A DNA stretch of 30,569 bases, from positions 1 through 30,569 of the forward strand of contig CAMZEQ010000001.1 of assembly GCA_947305835.1 (NCBI GenBank), read 5' to 3'. This stretch comes from an uncultured Alphaproteobacteria bacterium. Its GTDB lineage: Bacteria; Pseudomonadota; Alphaproteobacteria; CAAHEQ01; UBA3637. The position numbers and the translations under genes are program-made. The stretch's first letter is position 1. Each line of letters starts with the position of its first letter. Under the pieces are notes generated by a model. It made no database searches and was not told the DNA's origin. It worked only from the letters and a program-made list of their open reading frames with translations. Below are positions 1 to 11,456 of the stretch, piece after piece.

Positions 1-321
1 GAAATGACGGATGATACTTGGTATTTGGTGGCAAAAACGCCAAAAGTAACCGGATTTTTGGGCGGGAAAAAGCCGACCCCGATTACGGAGGATGAGGCTC
101 AACGAATTTTGAATCAGGTGGAAGAAGGCGTGGCAAAGCCACGTGCGGCATGTGTTTATGAAGTGGGACAACAAGTCCAGATTATGGACGGTCCTTTTGC
201 CAGCTTTGTGGGTGAAATTCAAGAAGTGGATGTCGAAAAAGAACGTTTGAAATTACAAGTGTCTATTTTTGGACGTGCAACGCCTGTGGAATTGACATAT
301 AGTCAGGTGAAAAAGGTATAA
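1..321 (+). CDS. nusG: Transcription termination/antitermination factor NusG (5' truncated by window edge)
   Basis: TPKVTGFLG motif and KOW domain (VQIMDGPFASFVGEIQEVD...VSIFGRATPVEL); upstream of rplK; frame is open from base 1. Confidence 0.97.
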   Translation, partial: EMTDDTWYLVAKTPKVTGFLGGKKPTPITEDEAQRILNQVEEGVAKPRAACVYEVGQQVQIMDGPFASFVGEIQEVDVEKERLKLQVSIFGRATPVELTYSQVKKV

Positions 322-323
322 TT

Positions 324-512
324 ATGGAATCAGTTTATTGTGACGATATTTCGGGATTAGAGATTTTTATGGGGGATAAATATCCTTCTGAAGAGGCGCC
401 GCAAAAGCATACATGCTCTTGCGGGAAGGCTGTTTGCTGCGGAAAACATAAAGGGTGTGCCGCACAAAAAGAAAAGATTCGTTTTATTAAAGACGGAAGA
501 GACTGTCGTTAA
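324..512 (+). CDS. Small Cys-rich hypothetical protein (62 aa)
   Basis: ATG 2 nt after the nusG stop, AAGG upstream, fills the nusG-rplK gap; 7 Cys including HTCSCGKAVCCGKHKGC. Confidence 0.55.
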   Translation: MESVYCDDISGLEIFMGDKYPSEEAPQKHTCSCGKAVCCGKHKGCAAQKEKIRFIKDGRDCR

Positions 513-536
513 TAAAACAAAAAGTGTTGGATAAAA

Positions 537-618
537 TTGGTTCGTGTCCAATACTTCTGTAGCAGATGAGCCATCATCGGACTACGAAACTTCAAGGGCG
601 AAAGCCTGAATGAACCAA
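537..618 (+). promoter_or_regulatory. Structured rplK leader, candidate L1 autoregulatory site
   Basis: GTAG-CA-GATGA-(GCCA)-TCATC-GGA-CTAC internal-loop hairpin at 559-585; TTCA-AG-GGC(GAAA)GCC-TGAA hairpin at 591-610; TTGGTTC(537-543)/GAACCAA(612-618) can close both. Confidence 0.5.
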
Positions 619-645
619 AAAACAAAATGCTAATGAGGTTATAAA

Positions 646-1074
646 ATGGCAAAAGAAATATTGGGATTTATCAAGCTTCAAATTGAAGCCGGTAAAGCCA
701 ACCCGTCCCCTCCAGTGGGACCTGCCTTGGGTCAAAGAGGCTTAAATATTATGGATTTTTGTAAGGCTTTTAATGCCAAAACACAGAAAGAAGAACCGGG
801 TTCTCCTATTCCTGTGATTATTACGGCATATAAAGATCGTACATTCAGCTTTGTGACAAAGTTGCCTCCGGTCAGCTATTATATCAAAAAGGCTGCCAAT
901 TTAAAGAGTGCCAGTCATGCTCCTGGGCGTGAAAAGGCCGGCAAAATCACCAAAGCACAAGTTAAAGAAATCGCCGAAAAGAAAATGCCTGATTTGAACT
1001 GTCATACAGTGGAGGCCGCTATGGAAATGGTGGCCGGTCAAGCGCGTTCTATGGGTATTGAAGTCGTGGGGTAA
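646..1074 (+). CDS. rplK: 50S ribosomal protein L11
   Basis: [30 protein letters not shown]; GAGG RBS. Confidence 0.99.
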   Translation: MAKEILGFIKLQIEAGKANPSPPVGPALGQRGLNIMDFCKAFNAKTQKEEPGSPIPVIITAYKDRTFSFVTKLPPVSYYIKKAANLKSASHAPGREKAGKITKAQVKEIAEKKMPDLNCHTVEAAMEMVAGQARSMGIEVVG

Positions 1075-1078
1075 GAAA

Positions 1079-1765
1079 ATGACAGGAAAAAGATTAAAGA
1101 AAGCCTATGAAGGTATTGAAAAGAAAGCTTACTCTTTGGACGAAGCGATTCAAATGATTAAAGCGGGAGCCACCGCCAAATTTGATGAAACAGTGGATAT
1201 TGCTGTGAAATTAGGCGTGGATCCGAAACAATCTGATCAAATGGTACGTGGCGCTGTGACGTTGCCTGCGGGAACCGGCAAAACCTTGAAAGTTGCCGTG
1301 TTTGCCAAAGGTCCGAAAGCCACAGAAGCCAAGGCTGCCGGTGCTGATATCGTTGGGGATGATGACCTGATGAACGATATTTTAGCCGGTAAAATTGATT
1401 TTCAACGTTTGATTGCTACCCCTGATATGATGGGCTTGGTTGGTCGCGTTGGTAAGATTTTGGGGCCCAAAGGGTTGATGCCGAATCCCAAATTGGGAAC
1501 AGTGACAATGGATGTGACAAATGCGGTGAAAGCGGCTAAAGCCGGTCAGGTTCAGTTCCGTGTGGATGCGGCCGCCATTGTGCATGCAGGTATTGGTAAA
1601 GCCAGTTTCTCGGCCGATAAGATTGCCGAAAACGTGCGTGCTTTTGTCAAAGCCTTGCAAGGTTTGAAACCCGCTACCTCTTCAGGTGTGTACTTGTTGC
1701 AGGTGGCTTTGAGTACCACTCAAGGTGTTGGTGTAAAGGTATCTATTCCGACAATTCTTGGGTAA
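1079..1765 (+). CDS. rplA: 50S ribosomal protein L1
   Basis: [32 protein letters not shown]; start moved to ATG 1079, just after the rplK stop. Confidence 0.99.
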   Translation: MTGKRLKKAYEGIEKKAYSLDEAIQMIKAGATAKFDETVDIAVKLGVDPKQSDQMVRGAVTLPAGTGKTLKVAVFAKGPKATEAKAAGADIVGDDDLMNDILAGKIDFQRLIATPDMMGLVGRVGKILGPKGLMPNPKLGTVTMDVTNAVKAAKAGQVQFRVDAAAIVHAGIGKASFSADKIAENVRAFVKALQGLKPATSSGVYLLQVALSTTQGVGVKVSIPTILG

Positions 1766-1769
1766 AGAG

Positions 1770-1805
1770 TTTTTGGCCTTGCCCGAAAGGGTGAGGCCGA
1801 AAAAA
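1770..1805 (+). other. Long GAAA-tetraloop hairpin after rplA (processing or stability element, not a classic terminator)
   Basis: TTTTT-GGCCTT-GCCC(GAAA)GGGT-GAGGCC-GAAAAA; no 3' U-tract. Confidence 0.5.
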
Positions 1806-1807
1806 TG

Positions 1808-1982
1808 CCTGTCCAAGACTGTGGGCGTTTATCACGGGATAAACTTAATCGAGGAACACCTCGGCCGACATAGACAGAACGGTCAAGATTCTTATTTAAG
1901 ATTTTAACCGGTTTCTGGACAGGGTAGTGTGAGGAAGGGATTATCCCGACCTTGTGTAGAAACCAAGAGGGTTCGCCCTCTT
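1808..1982 (+). promoter_or_regulatory. rplJ (L10) leader RNA
   Basis: CCTGTCCA(1808-1815)/TGGACAGG(1916-1923) closing stem with AAGACTGTGGG...CATAGACAG core; AAGAGGG(TTCG)CCCTCTT hairpin at 1965-1982 just before the RBS; position between rplA and rplJ. Confidence 0.75.
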
Positions 1983-1998
1983 AAAACGGAGTAAAAAA

Positions 1999-2487
1999 GT
2001 GAAACGTGAAGAAAAACAACAGGTAATCGCTCAAACGTCTGATGTTTTCAAAAAGGCCAAGTTGGTCATCGTTGTCCATAATAATGGTTTGACGATGGAA
2101 CAAACAACGGCTTTAAGAAATGCGATTCGGGCCGATGGTGCGAGTTATAAGGTTGTCACAAACCGTTTGGCAAAACTTGCTCTGGCAGGAACGCCCTGCG
2201 AATCCATGGCGGATTTGTTAAAAGGGCCCACCGGCATTGCATATTCGGAAGACGAAATTGCGGCTTCCCGTGCAGTGGCAAAAATGGCCAAAGATTCCGA
2301 TAAGTTTGAAATTATCGGCGGGGTCATGAACGGTGAAAAAATTGATGCTGCCAAAGTCAAACAATTGGCTTCTTTACCGTCTTTGGATGGTTTGCGTGGC
2401 AAATTGGTTGGTTTGTTGCAAGCGCCTGCTGGTCAGTTGGCCAGATTGGCAAAGGCTTATTCCGAAAAGGAACAAGCTGCTGCTTAA
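1999..2487 (+). CDS. rplJ: 50S ribosomal protein L10
   Basis: GTG start with GGAG RBS; NRLAKLAL, LKGPTGIAYS, LASLPSLDGLRGKLVGLLQAPA. Confidence 0.98.
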   Translation: MKREEKQQVIAQTSDVFKKAKLVIVVHNNGLTMEQTTALRNAIRADGASYKVVTNRLAKLALAGTPCESMADLLKGPTGIAYSEDEIAASRAVAKMAKDSDKFEIIGGVMNGEKIDAAKVKQLASLPSLDGLRGKLVGLLQAPAGQLARLAKAYSEKEQAAA

Positions 2488-2519
2488 ATTTAACAGTTAA
2501 ATAAGAAAGGAAAAATAAA

Positions 2520-2891
2520 ATGACTGATTTAAATAAATTGATTGATGAATTGTCAGCTTTGACAGTTTTAGAAGCTGCCGAATTGGCAAAAGCTTTGGAA
2601 GAAAAATGGGGCGTGAGCGCTGCTGCTCCTGTGGCCGTTGCTGCTGCCGGTGCTGCTGCCGGTGCCGCTGCCGAAGAGAAAACTGAATTTGACGTAATTT
2701 TGGCCGAATCAGGCGCCAACAAAATTGCCGTCATTAAGGAAGTTCGTGCCATTACAGGTTTGGGTTTGAAAGAAGCCAAAGACTTAGTGGACGGTGCACC
2801 CAAAGAATTGAAGAAGGGTGTGGCCAAAGACGATGCCGAAAAGATGAAGAAACAACTGGAAGCCGCTGGGGCCAAGGTTGAATTAAAATAA
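2520..2891 (+). CDS. rplL: 50S ribosomal protein L7/L12
   Basis: [33 protein letters not shown], Ala-rich hinge. Confidence 0.99.
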   Translation: MTDLNKLIDELSALTVLEAAELAKALEEKWGVSAAAPVAVAAAGAAAGAAAEEKTEFDVILAESGANKIAVIKEVRAITGLGLKEAKDLVDGAPKELKKGVAKDDAEKMKKQLEAAGAKVELK

Positions 2892-2907
2892 GGTTAGTTT
2901 AGCCGCG

Positions 2908-2940
2908 GGGGAGTTGCTCTTTTTTCAGGGGCAACTCTTT
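2908..2940 (+). terminator. rplL-rpoB intergenic hairpin (possible partial terminator/attenuator)
   Basis: GAGTTGCTCTT(2911-2921)/AGGGGCAACTC(2927-2937) stem followed by TTT; short U-tract. Confidence 0.45.
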
Positions 2941-3012
2941 ACCCGTAAATTAGACAAAAAGGTTTTTGGTGCCTTTTCACCAAAAGAGATTTTTTAAAAT
3001 GGGGTTGCATAA

Positions 3013-6000
3013 ATGATCAAATCTGAAATAAATCATCGCCGCGTGCGCAAGAACTTTGGAAAAATTGAAACTGTTGCAGAAATGCCGAACTTGATTGATG
3101 TTCAAATCAGTTCTTATCAAAAATTTTTACAGGCAGATGTGCCGGCCGATAAAAGAGAAGACAGTGGTTTACAGGCTGTTTTTAAATCGGTATTTCCAAT
3201 CCATGATTTTGCCGGTCGTGGTGATTTGGAATTTGTTAAATATGAACTGGATCAACCGAAATCGGATGTTCATGAATGTTTGAAACGTGATTTGACCTTT
3301 GCTGCCCCGGTTCGTGCAACTTTGCGTTTGATGGTGTGGGATGTGGATGAAACAACCGGTGCGCGAACAATTCGTGATATTAAAGAACAAGATGTTTATA
3401 TGGGCGATTTGCCGATGATGACGGATCGCGGAACATTTGTGGTAAACGGTACCGAACGTGTTGTTGTCAGCCAGATGCATCGTTCCCCGGGTGTATTTTT
3501 CGGACATGATAACGGTGAAACACATTCTTCGGGTAAATTTTTATTTTCTGCCCGTATTATTCCTTATCGTGGTTCATGGATTGATTTTGAATTTGATGCC
3601 CGTGACTTAGTGGATGTGCGTATTGACCGTCGTCGTAAGTTGCCTGTGACGACCTTGTTGTATGCTTTGGATAGCGCCTATACCGAACAAAAACGCGCCG
3701 AAGCAGCCAAAAAAGGTAAAGCTATCGATCCGGCCGATGTGATGGGAATGAGCAAAGAAGAAATTTTGAATTATTTTTATGAAACCATAACATTGACTCG
3801 CGATAAAAAAGGTTGGAAGACCTCCTTTGATGCCGAACGCATGAAGGGGACAAAGCTGACCTATGACCTTGTTAACGCTGAAAATGGTGAAGTTGTTTTG
3901 CCAAAAGGGGAAAAATTAACCCCGGCTTTGGCCAAAAAATTGCAAAAAGACGGTCTGAAAGAAATTCTGGTCAATGAAAATGACTTGTTGGGACGTTTCA
4001 TTGCGATGGATATGATTGATGAAAAAACCGGCGAAGTTTTATTGGAAGCCGGTGATGAACTCAGTGAAGATGATTTGGCCAAATTACAGGAATTGAAGAT
4101 TAAAGAAATTCCTGTTTTATATATCGATTATACGAATGTCGGACCGTACATTCGTAATACTTTGGTGGCTGATAAATGTACTTCACGTGAAGAAGCTTTG
4201 ATTGAAATTTATAAAATTATGCATCCGGGTGAATTGCCTGTGGTTGAAACAGCGGACGCGACTTTCCGTGCTTTGTTCTTTGATCAGGAACGTTATGATT
4301 TGTCAGCGGTCGGTCGTGTAAAAATGAACATGCGTTTAGGCTTCACCAACGAAGAGGTTTCTCCATCAGTGCGAGTCTTGCGCAAAGAAGATCTCTTGAA
4401 GATCATCAAAACGCTGGTGGAAATTAAAGATGGTCACGGTGATATTGATGATATTGATAACTTGGGTAACCGTCGTGTGCGTCCGGTGGGCGAATTGATG
4501 GAAAACCAATATCGTATCGGTTTATTGCGTTTGGAAAGATTAGTGCGTGAGCATATGACATCCACGGAAATTGATACTGTGATGCCGTCTGATTTAGTGA
4601 ACGCCAAACCTTTGGCAACGGCGGTGCGTGAATTCTTTGCATCCAGCCAATTGAGTCAGTTTATGGATCAAAATAACCCGTTGTCAGAAATTACACATAA
4701 ACGTCGTTTGTCGGCTTTAGGGCCGGGCGGGTTGACGCGTGATCGTGCCGGTATGGAGGTGCGTGACGTGCATCCGACACACTATGGTCGTATTTGCCCG
4801 ATTGAATCTCCTGAAGGTCAAAACATCGGGTTGATTAACTCGTTGGCAACGTATGCTCGCGTGAATGAATATGGCTTTATTGAAACACCCTACCGTAAAG
4901 TGGTGGATAAGAAAGTGACCGATGAAGTGGTCTATATGTCCGCGATGGAAGAAGCCCGTCATACAATTGCTCAGGCCAATTCTGAATTAGATGGCAAAGG
5001 TTGTTTGACCGGTGAATTTGTGACCGCACGCCAAGCCGGCGAAGTGGTTCAGGCCAGACCCGAAGATGTTGATTTGATAGATGTTTCTCCGCGTCAGGTG
5101 GTGTCAGTGGCGGCCGGATTGATTCCGTTCTTGGAAAACGATGACGCGAACCGTGCCTTGATGGGTTCTAACATGCAGAAACAGGCTGTGCCTTTGCTTA
5201 AAAACGAATCCCCATTGGTTGGTACCGGTATGGAACGCGTGGTGGCTAAAGATTCCAAAGCTGCAGTATCTGCGTTGCGTACAGGTGTTGTCCAATCTGT
5301 GGATGCGGCCCGTATCGTTATTCGTGCAACCGAAGATTTGTCCGCAACGGCCAGCGGTGTGGATATTTACAATTTGGAAAAATTCCAACGTTCCAATACA
5401 GGAACCTGTATGACACAAAAACCGCTTGTCAAAGTGGGTGAAAAGGTTGAAAAAGGTGATATTATTGCCGATGGTCCTTGTACGGAAATGGGTGAATTGG
5501 CGCTGGGACGCAATATCTTGGTGGCTTTTATGCCGTGGAACGGTTATAACTATGAAGACTCTATTTTGGTCAGTGAACGTATTGCCCGTGATGACGTCTT
5601 TACTTCTATTCACTTGGAAGAATTGGAAGTCACAGCCCGCGATACCAAGTTAGGTCAGGAAGAAGTGACTCGTGATATTCCGAATGTGGGCGAAGAAGCT
5701 TTGCGTAATTTGGATGAAACCGGTGTGATTTATATTGGCGCCGAAGTAAAAGCCGGCGATATTTTGGTGGGTAAAGTGACACCGAAGGGTGAAACAGTTA
5801 TGACACCGGAAGAAAAACTTTTGCGTACCATCTTTGGTGAAAAAGCCGCGGATGTGCGTGACAGTTCTTTGCGTGTGCCGCCCGGAATTTCGGGTACTGT
5901 CGTGGATGTGCGTGTCTTTACACGTCGCGGACTTCAAAAAGATGAACGCGCTTTGTCCATTGAACAAGCCGAAATTGCCAAGCTCAGCAAAGATCGTGAT

Positions 6001-7191
6001 GATAAAAAGGCCATTTTGCAAGGTGACTTTGCCGCGCGTATTCGTTCCGTTTTGGTTGGTCAGACAATTACAAAAGCCGAAAAATTCAAAGCCGGATATA
6101 AATTGCTCGAAAAGGATTTGGCTGATTTGAATATGAACGCTTTGCGCAAAATCAATGTCAAAGATGACAAAGTTATGCAGGAAGTGGAGCAAATGATTGC
6201 GACTTTCGATGAAGCCGATAAGAATTTGCAAGCTGACTTTGAAGATCGTGTGACGAAATTACAACGCGGTGATGATATGTTACCCGGCGAATTAAAGAAA
6301 ATCAAGGTCTTTATTGCCGCAAAACGTAAATTGCAACCCGGTGATAAAATGTCCGGTCGTCACGGAAATAAAGGTGTGGTATCCAGAGTTTTACCGATTG
6401 AAGATATGCCCTATACCGAAGACGGTACTCCGATGGATATCGTGTTGAATCCTTTGGGCGTGCCTTCACGTATGAACGTGGGTCAGATTTTGGAAACACA
6501 CTTGGGCTATGCTTGTCATGAATTGGGTAAAGAAATTGATAGTGTTGTCAAACAAGTTCAAAACAATCAGGCCAAAGTGGATGATTTACGCAAGACATTA
6601 AAAGATGTGTATGGCGATAAAGAATACACAAAGAAAATTGCCAAAATGTCCGATACGGAAGTTGTTGAAATGGGCGCTAATTTGAAAGACGGTTTGCCGA
6701 TTGCAACACCTGTTTTTGATGGTGCCCATGGTGAAGATATTGATGCAATGTTGAAGCGTGCCGGTTTGCCGGTATCCGGTCAGGTCACTTTGTATGACGG
6801 TCGTACGGGTGATGCCTTTGATCGTAAAGTGACAATCGGTTATATGTACATGTTGAAATTGCACCATTTGGTGGATGAAAAGATTCACGCCCGTTCTATC
6901 GGACCTTACAGTTTGGTCACACAACAACCTTTGGGTGGTAAAGCCCAATTTGGTGGCCAGCGTTTCGGTGAAATGGAAGTGTGGGCTTTGGAAGCCTACG
7001 GTGCAGCTTATACATTGCAAGAAATGCTTACCATTAAATCAGATGACGTGTCAGGCCGTATAGCAGCGTATGAAACGATTATTCGCGGTGATACAAGCTT
7101 TGAAGCCGGTATTCCTGAATCCTTTAACGTGTTGGTCAAAGAAATGCGTTCTTTGGGATTGGATGTTGAATTGAACCATAATGAACAATAG
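3013..7191 (+). CDS. rpoB: RNA polymerase beta subunit
   Basis: [55 protein letters not shown]; 1392 aa. Confidence 0.99.
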   Translation: MIKSEINHRRVRKNFGKIETVAEMPNLIDVQISSYQKFLQADVPADKREDSGLQAVFKSVFPIHDFAGRGDLEFVKYELDQPKSDVHECLKRDLTFAAPVRATLRLMVWDVDETTGARTIRDIKEQDVYMGDLPMMTDRGTFVVNGTERVVVSQMHRSPGVFFGHDNGETHSSGKFLFSARIIPYRGSWIDFEFDARDLVDVRIDRRRKLPVTTLLYALDSAYTEQKRAEAAKKGKAIDPADVMGMSKEEILNYFYETITLTRDKKGWKTSFDAERMKGTKLTYDLVNAENGEVVLPKGEKLTPALAKKLQKDGLKEILVNENDLLGRFIAMDMIDEKTGEVLLEAGDELSEDDLAKLQELKIKEIPVLYIDYTNVGPYIRNTLVADKCTSREEALIEIYKIMHPGELPVVETADATFRALFFDQERYDLSAVGRVKMNMRLGFTNEEVSPSVRVLRKEDLLKIIKTLVEIKDGHGDIDDIDNLGNRRVRPVGELMENQYRIGLLRLERLVREHMTSTEIDTVMPSDLVNAKPLATAVREFFASSQLSQFMDQNNPLSEITHKRRLSALGPGGLTRDRAGMEVRDVHPTHYGRICPIESPEGQNIGLINSLATYARVNEYGFIETPYRKVVDKKVTDEVVYMSAMEEARHTIAQANSELDGKGCLTGEFVTARQAGEVVQARPEDVDLIDVSPRQVVSVAAGLIPFLENDDANRALMGSNMQKQAVPLLKNESPLVGTGMERVVAKDSKAAVSALRTGVVQSVDAARIVIRATEDLSATASGVDIYNLEKFQRSNTGTCMTQKPLVKVGEKVEKGDIIADGPCTEMGELALGRNILVAFMPWNGYNYEDSILVSERIARDDVFTSIHLEELEVTARDTKLGQEEVTRDIPNVGEEALRNLDETGVIYIGAEVKAGDILVGKVTPKGETVMTPEEKLLRTIFGEKAADVRDSSLRVPPGISGTVVDVRVFTRRGLQKDERALSIEQAEIAKLSKDRDDKKAILQGDFAARIRSVLVGQTITKAEKFKAGYKLLEKDLADLNMNALRKINVKDDKVMQEVEQMIATFDEADKNLQADFEDRVTKLQRGDDMLPGELKKIKVFIAAKRKLQPGDKMSGRHGNKGVVSRVLPIEDMPYTEDGTPMDIVLNPLGVPSRMNVGQILETHLGYACHELGKEIDSVVKQVQNNQAKVDDLRKTLKDVYGDKEYTKKIAKMSDTEVVEMGANLKDGLPIATPVFDGAHGEDIDAMLKRAGLPVSGQVTLYDGRTGDAFDRKVTIGYMYMLKLHHLVDEKIHARSIGPYSLVTQQPLGGKAQFGGQRFGEMEVWALEAYGAAYTLQEMLTIKSDDVSGRIAAYETIIRGDTSFEAGIPESFNVLVKEMRSLGLDVELNHNEQ

Positions 7192-7200
7192 GAGAAAAAA

Positions 7201-10200
7201 ATGAACGAATTGATGAAAACTTTCAGCCCGTTGGCGAATCCTCAAACTTTTGATGATATTCGTATTTCGGTGGCTTCCCCCGAAAGAATTCGGTCTTGGT
7301 CTTATGGTGAAGTGACCCGTCCGGAAACGATTAACTATCGCACGTTTAAACCTGAACGTGATGGTTTGTTCTGTGCTAAAATCTTTGGTCCGATTAAGGA
7401 TTATGAATGTTTGTGCGGTAAATATAAGCGCATGAAATACCGTGGTATTACCTGTGAAAAGTGCGGTGTGGAAGTCACGCTTTCCAAGGTGCGTCGTGAA
7501 CGTATGGGACACATTGAATTGGTCAGTCCTGTCACTCACATTTGGTTTTTAAAATCTTTACCCAGCCGCATCGGTACTTTGTTGGATTTAATGCTCAAAC
7601 AATTGGAAGCGGTTTTATACTTTGAAAAATACATTGTTATTGAACCGGGTTTGACACCGCTCAAACAAATGGATTTATTGACCGAAGAACAGTATAATCA
7701 AGCATTGGAAGAATATGGTGAAGATTCTTTCCGGGCCGGTATCGGTGCTGAAGCCATTAAAACTTTGCTCAGCCAAATTGATTTGCCGACAGAAGCCAAA
7801 AAATTGCGTGCCGAATTGATTGAAACAAAATCAGATATGAAACGCAAGAAAATTGTGAAAAAGTTGAAGTTGGTAGAATCTTTCTTGGAATCCGGTGCTC
7901 GTCCCGAATGGATGGTATTGGATGTGTTGCCGGTCATTCCGCCAGATTTGCGTCCGTTGGTCCCGTTGGATGGTGGTCGTTTTGCAACTTCTGACTTGAA
8001 CGATCTCTATCGTCGTGTGATCAATCGTAACAATCGTTTGAAACGTTTGTTGGAATTGCGCGCCCCTGATATTATCGTGCGTAATGAAAAGCGTATGTTG
8101 CAAGAGGCTGTGGATGCTCTGTTTGATAATGGTCGTCGCGGTCGTGCCGTAACGGGTATCAATAAGCGGCCCTTAAAATCTTTGGCAGATATGTTGCGTG
8201 GTAAAGCCGGGCGTTTCCGTCAAAACTTATTGGGTAAGCGTGTGGACTATTCCGGTCGTTCTGTGATTACAGTGGGGCCTGAATTGAAATTGCATCAATG
8301 CGGTTTGCCCAAGCGTATGGCTTTGGAATTGTTTAAGCCTTTCATTTATGCAAAATTGGAAGCTCAGGGTAAAGCGGCTACCATTAAAAACGCCAAGCGT
8401 TTAGTGGAAAAAGAAACACCGGATGTTTGGGATATTTTATCCGAAGTGATTAAAGAACATCCCGTGTTATTGAACCGTGCGCCGACTTTGCACCGTTTGG
8501 GTATTCAGGCTTTTGAACCCGTGTTGATTGAAGGTAAAGCGATTCAATTGCATCCGTTGGCTTGTACAGCGTTTAACGCTGACTTCGACGGTGACCAGAT
8601 GGCTGTACACGTTCCTTTGTCGACGGAAGCGCAATTAGAAGCTCGTGTATTGATGCTTTCCACCAATAATATTTTGGCCCCTGCCAGTGGTCAGCCGATT
8701 ATTGTGCCGACTCAGGATATGATTTTGGGTATGTACTATTTGTCCATGATGCGTGAAGGCGAAAAGGGCGAAGGTATGGTCTTTAACGGGCGCCAAGAAA
8801 TTGAACATGCTTTGTTTAACAAAGATGTTTCCTTGCATGCCAAAATTAAGGTTCGTTTGCCGATCGTGACTGATGCGGGTGAACATAAAACCCAGATTGT
8901 GGAAACAACGCCCGGTCGTGTGATCATTTCATCCATTTTGCCGGATAACGATCACATTCCGTTTTCGATGATTAACCGTCAAATCGGTAAGAAACAAGTG
9001 GCCGAAATGTTGGGTCGTGTGTATCGCGCCTGCGGTCAAAAAGAAACTTGTATCTTTGCGGATAAGATCAAAGAATTAGGCTTTAAGAATGCGGCATTGG
9101 CCGGTATTTCCATCGGTAAAGATGACTTTGTGATCCCGGCTGAAAAGAAAAAGTTGTTGGCTGCTACAGAAGCCAAAGTGGATGACTTTGAACAACAATA
9201 TCAGGACGGTTTGATTACCCGTTTGGAAAAATACAACAAGGTCGTGGATGCTTGGGTGGCTTGTACAGATGCTGTTTCCAAGGCCATGATGAAAGATATT
9301 TCCAAAGCCGAACCCGGTAAGCCCGTGAACTCAGTCTATATGATGTCTGATTCCGGTGCGCGCGGATCTGTCACTCAGATGCGTCAGTTGGCCGGTATGC
9401 GTGGTTTGATGACCAAGCCGTCAGGCGAAATTATCGAAACGCCAATTCGGTCCAACTTTAAAGAAGGTTTAACCGTTATGGAATACTTTAACTCCACACA
9501 CGGTTCCCGTAAAGGTTTGGCCGATACAGCTTTGAAAACAGCTAACTCAGGTTATTTGACCCGTCGTTTGGTGGATGTGGCGCAAGATGCCATTATTACC
9601 ATGCAAGATTGCGGGACGGATCAAGGTATTACCATTCAACCGATTATTGAAGGCGGTGACGTGATTGCCACCACGGGTGAACGTATTTTGGGTCGTACAA
9701 CGGCTGAAGATGTGAAACATCCTGAAACCGGTGAAATTATCATTCCGAAAAATAAATTGGTGGATGCCAAAGATGTCGAAAAGATTGATGCGCTGGGTAT
9801 TGATTCCGTCAAGATTCGTTCGGTGCTGACTTGCGAAGCCGAAGATGGTATTTGCGCGGCCTGTTATGGGCAAGATTTGGCCCGTGGTTGCCCTGTGAAC
9901 TTGGGTGAAGTGGTGGGTATTATTGCCGCTCAATCCATCGGTGAACCGGGTACCCAGTTGACATTGCGTACCTTCCACGTCGGTGGTACGGCGCAACGTG
10001 GTGCTGATTCGGCGGTGGATGCGGCTTTCGATGCTCAGGTTCGTTTGGGCCAAGGTGTCATTGTGAAGAACTCACAAGGTGCCAGCATTATCTTATCCCG
10101 TAACTTTGAAATTTCATTGTTGGATGCCAACCATCGTGAAAAAGCCCGTCATAAAGTGCCTTATGGTGCTAAATTGATGGTGGAAGATGGTCAGGAAGTG

Positions 10201-11337
10201 AAAAAAGGAACACGCTTGGCCGAATGGGATCCGTATTCAACGCCGATGATTGCCGATGCAGACGGTAAAGCCAAGTTTGAAGATATCGTGGCCGGTAAGA
10301 CATTAGATGAACGTACAGATCCGTCAACAGGTTTGACTGAACGTGTAATTATGGAACCGGATAAACAATCCTCTGCCAAAAACTTGCGTCCGCACATCAG
10401 TATTTTGGATGCAGATAAGAATGTGGCCAAGACCAGCAAAGGGACAGAAGCCCGTACCTATTTACCGAAAGGTGCGATTATTACCGTCAAAAACGGTCAA
10501 ACCATTCACGTTGGTGATGTGTTGGCTTTGGTGGCACGTGATTCTAAAACCAAGGATATTACGGGTGGTTTGCCGCGTGTGGCAGAATTGTTTGAAGCCC
10601 GTCGTCCCAAAGATGCGGCCATTATGGCAGAAGCTGCCGGTCGTGTGGAATATGATCGCGACTTTAAAGCCAAACGCGTGATTAATGTGGTTGATGAAGA
10701 AGGTCATAAACATGCGCATTTGATCCCGAAAGGTAAGACACCGGCGGTGTATGAAGGTGATATGGTTCAAAAAGGTGATATGATTGTGGAAGGTCCTTTG
10801 GCCCCGCATGACATCTTGCGTATTTTGGGTGTGGAAGCTTTGGCGCATTATTTGGTCAAAGAAGTTCAGGCCGTATATCGTTTGCAAGGTGTGCGTATCA
10901 ATGATAAGCATATTGAAGTGATCGTACGTCAAATGATGCGTAAATTGGAAGTGACTGATCCGGGTGATACAACCTTGTTGGAAGGTGAACAAGTTGAAAA
11001 ACAACAATTGATCAGCGAAAATCTGAAAGCAGAACAGGCCGGTGGCAGACCTGCCAAGGTTGCCCCTGTATTGTTGGGTATTACCAAGGCTTCGTTGCAA
11101 ACCAGTTCGTTTATTTCAGCGGCGTCCTTCCAAGAAACAACACGTGTTTTGACTGAGGCAGCTATTGCAGGTAAAACAGATCCTTTGCACGGATTAAAAG
11201 AAAATGTGATTGTGGGACGTTTGATTCCAGCCGGTACCGGTGCGGCAATGAAACGTTTGCGTTCAATTGCTGGAGAACGTGATAAGGAAGTTTTGCAAAC
11301 ACGTAATAAGGAAACGCATAACGAAGCGATTGCTTAA
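7201..11337 (+). CDS. rpoC: RNA polymerase beta' subunit
   Basis: [12 protein letters not shown] catalytic motif, N-terminal Zn-finger Cys residues, AGGAG RBS; 1378 aa. Confidence 0.99.
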   Translation: MNELMKTFSPLANPQTFDDIRISVASPERIRSWSYGEVTRPETINYRTFKPERDGLFCAKIFGPIKDYECLCGKYKRMKYRGITCEKCGVEVTLSKVRRERMGHIELVSPVTHIWFLKSLPSRIGTLLDLMLKQLEAVLYFEKYIVIEPGLTPLKQMDLLTEEQYNQALEEYGEDSFRAGIGAEAIKTLLSQIDLPTEAKKLRAELIETKSDMKRKKIVKKLKLVESFLESGARPEWMVLDVLPVIPPDLRPLVPLDGGRFATSDLNDLYRRVINRNNRLKRLLELRAPDIIVRNEKRMLQEAVDALFDNGRRGRAVTGINKRPLKSLADMLRGKAGRFRQNLLGKRVDYSGRSVITVGPELKLHQCGLPKRMALELFKPFIYAKLEAQGKAATIKNAKRLVEKETPDVWDILSEVIKEHPVLLNRAPTLHRLGIQAFEPVLIEGKAIQLHPLACTAFNADFDGDQMAVHVPLSTEAQLEARVLMLSTNNILAPASGQPIIVPTQDMILGMYYLSMMREGEKGEGMVFNGRQEIEHALFNKDVSLHAKIKVRLPIVTDAGEHKTQIVETTPGRVIISSILPDNDHIPFSMINRQIGKKQVAEMLGRVYRACGQKETCIFADKIKELGFKNAALAGISIGKDDFVIPAEKKKLLAATEAKVDDFEQQYQDGLITRLEKYNKVVDAWVACTDAVSKAMMKDISKAEPGKPVNSVYMMSDSGARGSVTQMRQLAGMRGLMTKPSGEIIETPIRSNFKEGLTVMEYFNSTHGSRKGLADTALKTANSGYLTRRLVDVAQDAIITMQDCGTDQGITIQPIIEGGDVIATTGERILGRTTAEDVKHPETGEIIIPKNKLVDAKDVEKIDALGIDSVKIRSVLTCEAEDGICAACYGQDLARGCPVNLGEVVGIIAAQSIGEPGTQLTLRTFHVGGTAQRGADSAVDAAFDAQVRLGQGVIVKNSQGASIILSRNFEISLLDANHREKARHKVPYGAKLMVEDGQEVKKGTRLAEWDPYSTPMIADADGKAKFEDIVAGKTLDERTDPSTGLTERVIMEPDKQSSAKNLRPHISILDADKNVAKTSKGTEARTYLPKGAIITVKNGQTIHVGDVLALVARDSKTKDITGGLPRVAELFEARRPKDAAIMAEAAGRVEYDRDFKAKRVINVVDEEGHKHAHLIPKGKTPAVYEGDMVQKGDMIVEGPLAPHDILRILGVEALAHYLVKEVQAVYRLQGVRINDKHIEVIVRQMMRKLEVTDPGDTTLLEGEQVEKQQLISENLKAEQAGGRPAKVAPVLLGITKASLQTSSFISAASFQETTRVLTEAAIAGKTDPLHGLKENVIVGRLIPAGTGAAMKRLRSIAGERDKEVLQTRNKETHNEAIA

Positions 11338-11345
11338 AAAAGCTC

Positions 11346-11380
11346 AAAAAAACCTGTCGAATTCCTGACAGGTTTTTTTT
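11346..11380 (+). terminator. Intrinsic terminator after rpoC (bidirectional geometry)
   Basis: A7-CCTGTC-(GAATTCCT)-GACAGG-T8. Confidence 0.9.
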
Positions 11381-11381
11381 A

Positions 11382-11410
11382 TTGACAATAATTATTTTTT
11401 GATATAATCT
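11382..11410 (+). promoter_or_regulatory. Sigma70-type promoter for the accessory cassette
   Basis: TTGACA(11382-87), 17 nt, TAATCT(11405-10); alternatively TATAAT(11403-08) with a 15 nt spacer. Confidence 0.7.
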
Positions 11411-11456
11411 TGTCAGTGGAACCTTATTTAAGAGCGATAAGTCAAGGGGGAGGATA

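Noticed and set aside
4630-4850. Rifampicin-resistance mutations in rpoB
   Set aside because: Residues equivalent to E. coli Q513, D516, H526 and S531 are wild type
7170-7210. An rpoB-rpoC fusion (Wolbachia/Helicobacter type) or inteins in RNAP
   Set aside because: Clear TAG at 7189-7191, a separate AGGAG RBS and ATG 7201; lengths are normal and no intein motifs are seen
3095-11347. Many alternative-frame and antisense ORFs inside rpoB/rpoC (e.g. 5650-6231, 10462-11100)
   Set aside because: Shadow ORFs produced by the biased codon usage of long genes; no RBS or recognisable domains
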